Shown here: positions 36,910-44,406 of the stretch, in pieces
Position numbering within the stretch: position 1 is the stretch's first letter
How the letters are laid out: the number at the start of each line of letters is the position of its first letter
Assembly: GCA_964444625.1 (NCBI GenBank)
Contig: CAYUHZ010000001.1
Coordinates: 1 to 52,119, forward strand
Reading direction: 5' to 3'
DNA from: an uncultured Gammaproteobacteria bacterium
Lineage (GTDB): Bacteria; Patescibacteriota; Patescibacteriia; Patescibacteriales; GWC2-42-12
Length of the DNA: 52,119 nt
Position numbers and translations under genes: made by a program
Notes under the pieces: generated by a model
Seen by the model: the letters and a program-made list of their open reading frames with translations, nothing else
Databases searched by the model: none
What the model was told of the DNA's origin: nothing

Positions 36910-38418
36910 CTAATTTTTACTGTCTATTTTTTCAATTGCCGATCTAATTCTCTTAATGCTTGTGATTTTACCCAAGACTTCTGCTACTTCAAACGGTCCG
37001 GGACTGGCTTGAAGTCCTGTAAGCGCTACTCTCATCGGCCAGAGAAAATCCCCTACTTTTTCTTCCTTGGCTTTAAGGTAGTTTATGATCAGCTGTTCCA
37101 AATAGCCCTTGCGCCATTCTTTATCTTCAAGTTTTTCCAGCTGATTTAATAATATATTCAAGTTTTCCGCAATCTTCTCTTTGGATAATTTTTTCCAGAT
37201 TAACAAATCTGACTCATATTCTGGTTGGTCAACGAAATAAAATTTGGTTAACTCCCCTATCTCGTTTAATTTTTTCAACCTTTCTTGCACCGTGGCAACG
37301 ACCGCTTGGAGAAAAACCTTGTCAATTTCTTGTCCAGTTTTTTTGACTTGATATCGCGAAGTACCGTTTGGTTGGATAAATCCGGCATCAAAGAAAAAAG
37401 GCAAGCACAAATCGGCCAATTCAGATAACGATTTTTTTCTGATATACAAACCATTAAAATAATCTAATTTTTCAATATCAAATATTCCCGGACTGGCGCC
37501 CAAATCCTGGTATCGAAAATCGGCAATCATTTCTTGGAGCGACAAAATTTCACGATCATCCCTGGGATGCCAACCCTGCAAGACGCTAAAATTCAATAAC
37601 GCTTCAGGCAAATAACCTTTTTCCCGATAATCTTCAACGGCTACATCGCCTTGGCGCTTGCTTAATTTGCCACCGCCTTTATTTAACGACAAAGCCATAT
37701 GAATAAATTTCGGATGATCCCAACCGAATGCCTGATAAAGCAAAATATTTTTGGGAAACGATGGTATCCACTCCTCTCCTCTAATTACATGGCTGATTTC
37801 CATCAAATGATCGTCAACTACGTTAGCGAACTGATAAGTCGGCATACCATCTGTCTTAACCAAAACTTGGTCGTCTAAATCATGGCAACTAAATTTGATC
37901 TGACCACGAAGCTCATCCGTGACAACAATATCGCCTTCCAGAAGCATTTTCTGCCTGATAACATATCGCTCGCCCATAGCAAGTTTCTGCCTTATTTCGT
38001 CAGCTGACAGTTGGCGGCAAGCGCGATCGTAACGCGGCGGCATTTTATTGGCTTGTTGTTCTTGACGCATTTGTTCCAACCTTTCAGTCGAACAAAAACA
38101 ACGGTAAGCCTGTCCTGATGTTAATATTTTTTCCGCGTATTGGTCATAAATCTGCCGGCGCTGACTTTGAATATACGGTCCGAAATCACCGCCCATGTGC
38201 GGACCTTCGTCAAAATTGATTCCTAACCAGTTAAGAATATCAATAAATCTCTCCACTGCTCCCGACACTTCCCTCTTCTGATCCGTATCTTCGATCCGTA
38301 ATATTATTTTTCCGCCTAAACTCTTGGCAATAAGATAGTCAAATAAAACAATTCTTAAACCGCCGATATGCAGAAAGCCAGTGGGTGAAGGCGCAAAACG
38401 CGTCCTAATCTTTGGCAT
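36910..38418 (-). CDS. gltX: Glutamate--tRNA ligase
   Basis: The RFAPSPTGFLHIGG (HIGH) and KLSKRQG (KMSKS) motifs are present. Confidence 0.95.
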   Translation of the reverse strand: MPKIRTRFAPSPTGFLHIGGLRIVLFDYLIAKSLGGKIILRIEDTDQKREVSGAVERFIDILNWLGINFDEGPHMGGDFGPYIQSQRRQIYDQYAEKILTSGQAYRCFCSTERLEQMRQEQQANKMPPRYDRACRQLSADEIRQKLAMGERYVIRQKMLLEGDIVVTDELRGQIKFSCHDLDDQVLVKTDGMPTYQFANVVDDHLMEISHVIRGEEWIPSFPKNILLYQAFGWDHPKFIHMALSLNKGGGKLSKRQGDVAVEDYREKGYLPEALLNFSVLQGWHPRDDREILSLQEMIADFRYQDLGASPGIFDIEKLDYFNGLYIRKKSLSELADLCLPFFFDAGFIQPNGTSRYQVKKTGQEIDKVFLQAVVATVQERLKKLNEIGELTKFYFVDQPEYESDLLIWKKLSKEKIAENLNILLNQLEKLEDKEWRKGYLEQLIINYLKAKEEKVGDFLWPMRVALTGLQASPGPFEVAEVLGKITSIKRIRSAIEKIDSKN

Positions 38419-38421
38419 ATA

Positions 38422-38604
38422 TTAATAACTTAAATAATAAAAATAAAGGTTAGCCAACAATGATATAACTAGTAAAATAATCAGAACTATTAACCAAGCG
38501 GTCAGTTGTTGGTTTCTCTCAGCTAAATTTTCACGTTCTTTTTTTAATAATAAATCAGTAAAATCGTTGATCAAATAAATAAATTTTTTTATTTTAAATT
38601 TCAT
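38422..38604 (-). CDS. Small membrane protein (60 aa)
   Basis: One C-terminal hydrophobic helix. It is tightly packed between the TagA-Nudix gene (1-nt gap) and gltX (3-nt gap). Confidence 0.35.
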   Translation of the reverse strand: MKFKIKKFIYLINDFTDLLLKKERENLAERNQQLTAWLIVLIILLVISLLANLYFYYLSY

Positions 38605-38605
38605 A

Positions 38606-39805
38606 TCAATCGGATTGATTATTTATAAGCTGATTAAATTTTTGTAAAAAAATTTTATAACCATTTCTTCTCCTTTTCGCGGTAATTTGCAGGAATTTAC
38701 TGGCTGGAATCCATTGCCAGGAAACAAAATCCCAAAAGTTTATTTTTATTTCTTCGTCTTGTCCGAAATATTCAGCTATGATTAAATTTTGGCGCTGGCC
38801 TTTATGACCGCTGTGCCTGGTTGTTCGATTGTTATCAGTGCTCTTATCAAATTCATATTGCCATAAATTGTTAAAACTGGCAACCAGTTTAAACTTTTTA
38901 TTGCCTATCTCTTCTCGCAACTCCCTTTGTCCTGCTACCGCTGCATCTTCACCGTCCAAACCGCCTTGAGGCAATTGCCAGTGGCCGGGCTCATCGCTCC
39001 GTTCAGCGATGAATATTTCCGGTTCGGTGGCTGTATTCCGATAAAGCAGACAAGCAACGTTCTTGCGATAAAACCAAGGTAAAACGAACTTCCAAAACAA
39101 AAACTTAACAGGAAAAACCACTACCGCCCTGATTATCCGTCGCCAACGCCAAGGTTGTTGATAGAGGCGCCATAGCCACTCCAAACCGATAATTCGCAAA
39201 CCCCAAGGAGCTCGTGGCAGTTTGCCGGTCAAAAAATCAAAAGCTCCCCCCACTCCTACCGCCAGTTTGGCTGACTGAATCTTGGACAGATTATGATAAA
39301 GGAATTTTTCTTGATATGGCGACCCCAAAGTGGAAAAAATTATTTCCGGACTAAATTCATTGACCTCGGTTAAATCGGTTTTGATCTGATTTTGGGGTAA
39401 ATCAACAACCTTTATCTGAATAGCTGGATATATTTTTTTCAGAGCGTTAGCGATATCAATGCCGGTTGACAAGCCGTCTTGGCGATTGAAAACTGCCAAT
39501 TTAATATTTTTTTCTACTGCTAACTTAATTATTTCGGCGGTCAAATCGGCTCCGGCAAATCTGACTAAATTTTCTCCCATCAACCAGCCGGCTAATTTCA
39601 ATCCGATATTATCCGCTATCGCCAAATCCGCTTGATTGATGATAAAAAAAAGTTCTTCATCCTTTATGGCGTTCAAAATAATCTCAGAATTCGGTGTCGC
39701 CAATAAGTGTTGTTTGCCATCAACTAAATAATTTTTAATTAAACCTAAAATTTCTACTCTGGATAAATTTGAGATATTGATGCCTAAAATTTTAAGTTTT
39801 TTCAT
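38606..39805 (-). CDS. Fusion protein: WecG/TagA/CpsF family (GT26) glycosyltransferase plus NUDIX hydrolase
   Basis: The N-terminal part has the GT26 signature GVGGAFDFLTGKLPRAPWGLRIIGLEWLWRLYQQPWRWRR. The C-terminal part has the Nudix box GGLDGEDAAVAGQRELREEIG. Confidence 0.8.
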   Translation of the reverse strand: MKKLKILGINISNLSRVEILGLIKNYLVDGKQHLLATPNSEIILNAIKDEELFFIINQADLAIADNIGLKLAGWLMGENLVRFAGADLTAEIIKLAVEKNIKLAVFNRQDGLSTGIDIANALKKIYPAIQIKVVDLPQNQIKTDLTEVNEFSPEIIFSTLGSPYQEKFLYHNLSKIQSAKLAVGVGGAFDFLTGKLPRAPWGLRIIGLEWLWRLYQQPWRWRRIIRAVVVFPVKFLFWKFVLPWFYRKNVACLLYRNTATEPEIFIAERSDEPGHWQLPQGGLDGEDAAVAGQRELREEIGNKKFKLVASFNNLWQYEFDKSTDNNRTTRHSGHKGQRQNLIIAEYFGQDEEIKINFWDFVSWQWIPASKFLQITAKRRRNGYKIFLQKFNQLINNQSD

Positions 39806-39808
39806 AAT

Positions 39809-40366
39809 TTATAAATTGTATTTGCTTATCACGTTATAAACTGGACCGTTACTAGTTAGCTTTGAACCAAACAAAACGTATTCCTCGATAGTGAACTCCG
39901 CTATTGGCGCCTGACTAATTATTGTTTTCAATCGACTGATATCCACTGGAACTTCGCTTTTTGATCGTCCGAGAGTCAGGTGAGGTCGCCACGACCTGCG
40001 ATCAATATTAAGATTGATCTTCTCCAATTTATCGCCGAGGACTTGCTGGAACTTCCCCACTGACTTGCTCCCGATTTGTAGACAATCTAGAAAAAAAATA
40101 CGCGGTTGGCGCAAGTTTGGAAAAGCGCCCAGGTTGCCAAACTGAAATTTGAATGGACCAAACTTACCGGAGAAAAACTGCATGGCTAAATTTATTTGCT
40201 CTATTTTTTCAATTTCAATATCGCCCAAAAAATGAAGCGTCAAGTGGAGATTCGTGTTGTAGCACCATTTTATTGCCGGATAAATTTTGGTAAATTCCTT
40301 TAATATCGGCTCAAACGCCAATTTGGTTTCATCTGGTAGCGCCAAGGCAATAAATAGTCTTTTCAT
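39809..40366 (-). CDS. thpR: RNA 2',3'-cyclic phosphodiesterase (2H family, ThpR/LigT-like)
   Basis: 185 aa with the two HxT motifs HLTLHFLG and HLTLGR. Confidence 0.8.
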   Translation of the reverse strand: MKRLFIALALPDETKLAFEPILKEFTKIYPAIKWCYNTNLHLTLHFLGDIEIEKIEQINLAMQFFSGKFGPFKFQFGNLGAFPNLRQPRIFFLDCLQIGSKSVGKFQQVLGDKLEKINLNIDRRSWRPHLTLGRSKSEVPVDISRLKTIISQAPIAEFTIEEYVLFGSKLTSNGPVYNVISKYNL

Positions 40367-40501
40367 AAAATAAAAAGGCTAATTTTTAATATTTTTTTAA
40401 ATAATATTCTACTCCAACTGCTTAAATTATAACGCAAAATCTTGTAATAATCAATAAATTTGTATATAATATCAAAATCTTATCACTTTTGTGGCAGGCT
40501 T

Positions 40502-41521
40502 ATGTCGTCAACTAAATTTTATCAAAAATTAACGGCTGGCCAACTTCGTTGCAAATTATGCCATCATTATTGTAATCTAAAGCCAAATGAACTAGGGGTC
40601 TGTGGGATTCGTATGAACAACAAAGGCGAAATGGTTTCCTGTTCTTATGGTCGACCAATGGCGCAAAACATCGACCCAATAGAAAAAAAGCCTCTTTATC
40701 ATTTCCTGCCGGGAAGCTTGGCTTATTCTATCGGCACTCTTGGTTGTAATTTCAAATGCGCTAACTGCCAAAATTACCGCCTAAGCCAGGTTTCTAAGAT
40801 AAAAACTTTACGTCCAGATGATATCTTGATCGAACCGCAAGCTATAGTCAATTCAGCCTTGGCCGAAAATTGCCGCTCTATCGCTTTTACATACAATGAA
40901 CCAACGGTTTTCGCTGAATACGGTTTGGATATCATGAAATTAGCTCGTGCTAAAAATTTAAAAAATATCTGGGTTACCAACGGATATATGTCGCCGGAAT
41001 GTTTATCCGATCTACTCCCCTGTCTTGACGCTGTCAATGTTGATTTAAAATCTTTTTCTGACGAATTTTACCGTAACAATTGCCACGCCAAGTTAGCTCC
41101 GGTATTGGATAATATTAAATCATTAAAATTAAACGGAGTCCATTTGGAGATAACCACCCTGATAATTCCCGGACTGACTGACGATATGTCAATGATAGCC
41201 GAACTTGCTAAGTTTATCGCCAATCAACTCGGTGCTGACACCCCTTGGCATTTAACTAAATTTTCTGCTGCTAATTCATGGAAACTGGTAGGCCTCCCCG
41301 ATACCCCAGAAACTTCAATTTATCAGGCTTACGACCTGGCTAGAGAAGCTGGTCTTGACTTTGTTTATGCTGGTAATCTTCCGGGCGATCAGCGTGAAAA
41401 TACTTATTGTCCGAATTGTCGTCAATTGGCTGTTGCCAGATTTAACTATGTGATAAATAGATTTGATAATAATGGGGAGTGCGCCTATTGCGAAAAAAAT
41501 TTAGATATTATAGAAAATTAG
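40502..41521 (+). CDS. AmmeMemoRadiSam system-type radical SAM enzyme
   Basis: ATG at 40502. Contains CKLCHHYC...GVCGIR, DPIEKKPLYHFLPGS and the radical SAM site GCNFKCANCQNY. There are C-terminal CxxC pairs. Confidence 0.8.
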   Translation: MSSTKFYQKLTAGQLRCKLCHHYCNLKPNELGVCGIRMNNKGEMVSCSYGRPMAQNIDPIEKKPLYHFLPGSLAYSIGTLGCNFKCANCQNYRLSQVSKIKTLRPDDILIEPQAIVNSALAENCRSIAFTYNEPTVFAEYGLDIMKLARAKNLKNIWVTNGYMSPECLSDLLPCLDAVNVDLKSFSDEFYRNNCHAKLAPVLDNIKSLKLNGVHLEITTLIIPGLTDDMSMIAELAKFIANQLGADTPWHLTKFSAANSWKLVGLPDTPETSIYQAYDLAREAGLDFVYAGNLPGDQRENTYCPNCRQLAVARFNYVINRFDNNGECAYCEKNLDIIEN

Positions 41522-41633
41522 CCAATATTAATCACTTTTACCGTTAACGCCTTGATGTCAATTGGGTGGGTAAGAGTAATATCTATAAACTATTTACGTA
41601 TACTATTTTTTTGTTATTTTTGCGTTACAACAG

Positions 41634-41663
41634 AAAACCGGCCAAGCAAGCCGGTTCCTTTTA
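41634..41663. terminator. Bidirectional intrinsic terminator between convergent genes
   Basis: Stem aaccggc / gccggtt (7 bp) with a 7-nt loop. It is flanked by an A-tract upstream and cctttt downstream. Confidence 0.6.
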
Positions 41664-41779
41664 TATCAGGACTTACGCGTTTGGTGCTATTTTTATAACT
41701 TTTTAGAAAATAATCTAATTTTAGATAACAACAGTGTTGCGTTAAATTATAGAAACTAAATAATATGATAATGCGATTC

Positions 41780-42991
41780 TTAAATTTTGAGCTTGTATTT
41801 TCCGCCTTCCGTCCGTTCAAATTTCTCCCTGTTCATCAATACCAGATTGATCGTAGCTTTCTTTACTAAGCGCTGATCCAGAACTTTTTCAATAATTTGA
41901 TCACGGGTCAGAGCTTCTTGCTCATCCTTGAGGATCTGTTCGATTATATCAACCACTGTGCCCTTGCTATAACCCCACTCTTTCAAACCGTATAATCCGC
42001 GGCCGACCAAAATATATTTTTCATCCAAAATTAATTCATTGTGCACTGTTGCTACATTGGCTTTTTTCTTGTCAAAACCAAGTTTATTGATCTCGTCAGC
42101 GATTTGAGCAAAATGCATCGGCTTGCCGTAATTTTTCAAAATCAAATATATCTTATCATTGATGGTTTTCGGCTTAATCTCTCGCCAATTACTGACTCCC
42201 CAATGGCCGAATTTATTCTGATCTATCATCTTGGCGGCTTTCAACAAAGAAAAAAGCGCTTTGTTCTGACTAAGCAATTCTAAGTTTTCCTTTGCCAAAT
42301 CGGTGCCATAAACCGACATTATAGCCATGTTATTTTGAGCTTGAAATTTTTCTTCGTGCTGTTTGTATCCCGGCAAACCCTTAGACAGGTTTATCAAATC
42401 TTCGGTGGTGAATATTTTACGGATTTTTTTGATTTCTTCCAACAATTCTTCTACCAAGAGCTCCAAGTGATCAAGCGATTGATATTTTAACTTGTAAAAA
42501 TTTTTAAAATGCCTGGAGACATTCACCTCTTCAAATTCTTCATTCAGCAGCTGGCTAATTATAAAATCCAAATGGCTCTTGTGCACATAATGGCTTTCGG
42601 CTTTATTTTTTAAATCTCCGGCGGAAAAACCGACTAAACTGGAAAGTAAGTATTCTCGTTCCATAAAACCGCCATGCTCTTCCAATAGGTTGTTAATCGC
42701 CCGCTTGACAACGTTGATATAGTTTTCCAGATTTTCCAATTGCCTTAATTTTTTGACGCCGGTTGATTCAATCTGCCTGATTCTTTCACGGGTCAAAGCA
42801 TGGACTTGACCAATTTTTTCCAATGTCTGTTTATCTTGTCCGTGCAAACCAAAACGGCGGCTGAGCACATCACGTTCGCGGTTGCTCAACTCATTAAACA
42901 AAGTGCCGATTATTTCAATCGCATCCAAACGCGCGACTTCTTCGGCTTGTTGATTGGTGATAATTTGGTCTAAGATGGACTTATTTTCCAT
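41780..42991 (-). CDS. Sigma-70 region 4-like HTH protein with a C-terminal HARE-HTH domain
   Basis: ATG at 42991 (MENKSIL). The region-4 block is RERDVLSRRFGL...QTLEKIGQVHALTRERIRQIESTGVKKLR. The HARE-HTH block is PMHFAQIADEINKLGF...ILVGRGLYGLKEW. Confidence 0.7.
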   Translation of the reverse strand: MENKSILDQIITNQQAEEVARLDAIEIIGTLFNELSNRERDVLSRRFGLHGQDKQTLEKIGQVHALTRERIRQIESTGVKKLRQLENLENYINVVKRAINNLLEEHGGFMEREYLLSSLVGFSAGDLKNKAESHYVHKSHLDFIISQLLNEEFEEVNVSRHFKNFYKLKYQSLDHLELLVEELLEEIKKIRKIFTTEDLINLSKGLPGYKQHEEKFQAQNNMAIMSVYGTDLAKENLELLSQNKALFSLLKAAKMIDQNKFGHWGVSNWREIKPKTINDKIYLILKNYGKPMHFAQIADEINKLGFDKKKANVATVHNELILDEKYILVGRGLYGLKEWGYSKGTVVDIIEQILKDEQEALTRDQIIEKVLDQRLVKKATINLVLMNREKFERTEGGKYKLKI

Positions 42992-43092
42992 ACGGTTATT
43001 AAATAAAAAAATTGAATATCTCAATCTTTCCCCTTGTGATTTTTATATTAAACAAATTTATTAATTTTTTGTCTATGCTTTTTTGTTTACCT

Positions 43093-43121
43093 AATATAGC
43101 ATAAAATAATTTATTAGTCAA
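43093..43121 (-). promoter_or_regulatory. Candidate promoter for the sigma4-HARE-HTH gene
   Basis: Minus strand: TTGACT (43121-43116), a 17-nt spacer, then TATATT (43098-43093). Confidence 0.45.
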
Positions 43122-43144
43122 GGCAAATTGTGGCTCTTGTAAAT

Positions 43145-43230
43145 GTTTTTTAAAAATGTCCTATTTGGCGTTTTTTAGAAATGTCCTACTTGGACGTTCT
43201 GGTTAGTTTTTTAAGGTATTCTGTTTTGGC
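43145..43230. repeat. Iteron-like direct repeats GTTTTTTA-N12/13-TTGG(A)C (two tandem good copies plus one degenerate copy)
   Basis: Copy 1 at 43145-43169 is gttttttaaaaatgtcctatttggc. Copy 2 at 43170-43195 is gttttttagaaatgtcctacttggac (2 substitutions, 1 indel). A degenerate copy at 43206-43230 is gttttttaaggtattctgttttggc. Confidence 0.55.
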
Positions 43231-43532
43231 ATATTGGCGCCAAGGGTGGTGATTATTTGGGGTGTGGGCGATTGATTTAGGAATAACGCAATGTATATTG
43301 TTTTCTTCCCTATTTGCCCTTCTGGGCGTTCCGGCAGCAGTTTGTAATTGAGATATTTGCCTCGCAGTTTGAACTGGATGGTTTTGCCCATTCTTTCCTC
43401 AACGGTAACCGTATCTTACTTGCAAATTGCTGCCAGCTGTTCCTTGGTCAGCTGGCAGCAATTCTTTTTGTGGTTAATGGTAAAATCATTATTTACTTTT
43501 CGCTGGTATTGCCGGAAGAATGTAGAATCCAT
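43203..43532 (-). pseudogene. Small ORF pair in one frame separated by a single TAA (possible decayed HTH-like gene)
   Basis: Hand translation gives MDSTFFRQYQRKVNNDFTINHKKNCCQLTKEQLAAICK, then TAA at 43418-43416, then DTVTVEERMGKTIQFKLRGKYLNYKLLPERPEGQ... I did not recognise a family. Confidence 0.25.
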
Positions 43533-43580
43533 GTTGTTCTTTTCAATTTTGCTACTTTACCTTTACGCGCAACAGGCCTA

Positions 43581-43609
43581 TTGACAACTGTTTTAATTTT
43601 TGTTAATAA
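43581..43609 (+). promoter_or_regulatory. Candidate promoter of the GC-rich cassette gene
   Basis: TTGACA (43581-43586), a 17-nt spacer ending in TGt, then TAATAA (43604-43609). Confidence 0.45.
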
Positions 43610-43638
43610 TAAATATTCTATAAAGCTCTTTGAAAAAC

Positions 43639-43668
43639 TACTGCCCATATGGAGTGATATGGGTAGTA
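43639..43668 (+). promoter_or_regulatory. 12-bp stem-loop in the 5' leader of the cassette gene
   Basis: tactgcccatat / atatgggtagta forms 12 bp including one G-U pair, with the loop ggagtg. No T-tract follows, so it is not a terminator. Confidence 0.5.
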
Positions 43669-43695
43669 AATAAAAACCAAAAAGGAGGAAAAAAA

Positions 43696-44331
43696 ATGAA
43701 GAAAAAAATAGTTTCAGCGGCGATGATGATGGTTGTTGTCGCCATGGTTGTTGTTGGCGGGGCAGATGCCGCCGCCAGCAGATACCTCTATAATGGGGTA
43801 TGGATAGAGGTCCTAAGGGATAACAACAAAGAGTTTGGCTGCTTCGCGGCCAAACTCATGGAGTACCATCCCAACGGGCCATGGGAGAAAGTACTTGTCC
43901 TTTATAAGAAGGACGAGTACGCCAAACCAACCGATCGTCCTTCAGACGATCATGAGGTTTGGCGGTATTTAATCGGTTTAACCGCTCCCAACCGGCGATC
44001 AGAGCGCCAATGGGAGCCATACGGATACAGGTTGTACTGTCCGCCCGTAGCCGTAAAACAGCAGGTCGCATCCCCGCCGCAGCAGGCTGTGCCCGCCGCG
44101 ACCAACAAACAAGAGGTTAACAGAAAACTGGCCAAAATGAGCCAGAATCTGAAGATCTCTAACAAGAAATTAGCGGAGGCCGAAAAAGAGCGGGACGGCC
44201 TCAAGGCTGAACTCGCCATTGCCAAGAAAAGCCATGTTAATTATAACAACTGGCTGACTTGGCTGGTATTAGTGATCGCCGCGGCGGCGGTCACCGCGGC
44301 GGCGATCACTACTATCTTCAGAAAAAATTAG
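43696..44331 (+). CDS. Hypothetical exported, C-terminally membrane-anchored coiled-coil protein (GC-rich, foreign composition)
   Basis: The ATG at 43696 is preceded by aaaggagg. The N-terminus is hydrophobic (MKKKIVSAAMMMVVVAMVVVGGADA). A W/Y/P-rich region, a PQ-rich linker and a coiled coil (KLAEAEKERDGLKAELAIAKK) follow. The C-terminal TM is WLVLVIAAAAVTAAAITTIF. Confidence 0.6.
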   Translation: MKKKIVSAAMMMVVVAMVVVGGADAAASRYLYNGVWIEVLRDNNKEFGCFAAKLMEYHPNGPWEKVLVLYKKDEYAKPTDRPSDDHEVWRYLIGLTAPNRRSERQWEPYGYRLYCPPVAVKQQVASPPQQAVPAATNKQEVNRKLAKMSQNLKISNKKLAEAEKERDGLKAELAIAKKSHVNYNNWLTWLVLVIAAAAVTAAAITTIFRKN

Positions 44332-44390
44332 TCAAGCGACGCTCCGCGCTTGACTAAAGGAGCACGATATGGTATCGTGCTCCGTTTTTA
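44331..44390 (+). terminator. Two tandem hairpins; the second is a strong intrinsic terminator
   Basis: Hairpin 1 is gtcaagcg/cgcttgac (8 bp, 44331-44354). Hairpin 2 is ggagcacgata/tatcgtgctcc (11 bp, 3-nt loop, 44359-44383) followed by gttttta. Confidence 0.7.
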
Positions 44391-44406
44391 TATAAAACTT
44401 AAAACT

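Noticed and set aside
41614-41820. A 68-aa minus-strand ORF.
   Set aside because: It spans the bidirectional terminator hairpin and overlaps the 3' end of the sigma4-HARE-HTH gene. It has no motifs, so it is probably spurious.
43314-44225. ORFs 43314..43673(+), 43348..43584(+), 43856..44071(-) and 43950..44225(-).
   Set aside because: They overlap the better-supported cassette gene or its control region, and have no Shine-Dalgarno or recognisable motifs. Long spurious ORFs are expected in locally GC-rich DNA.
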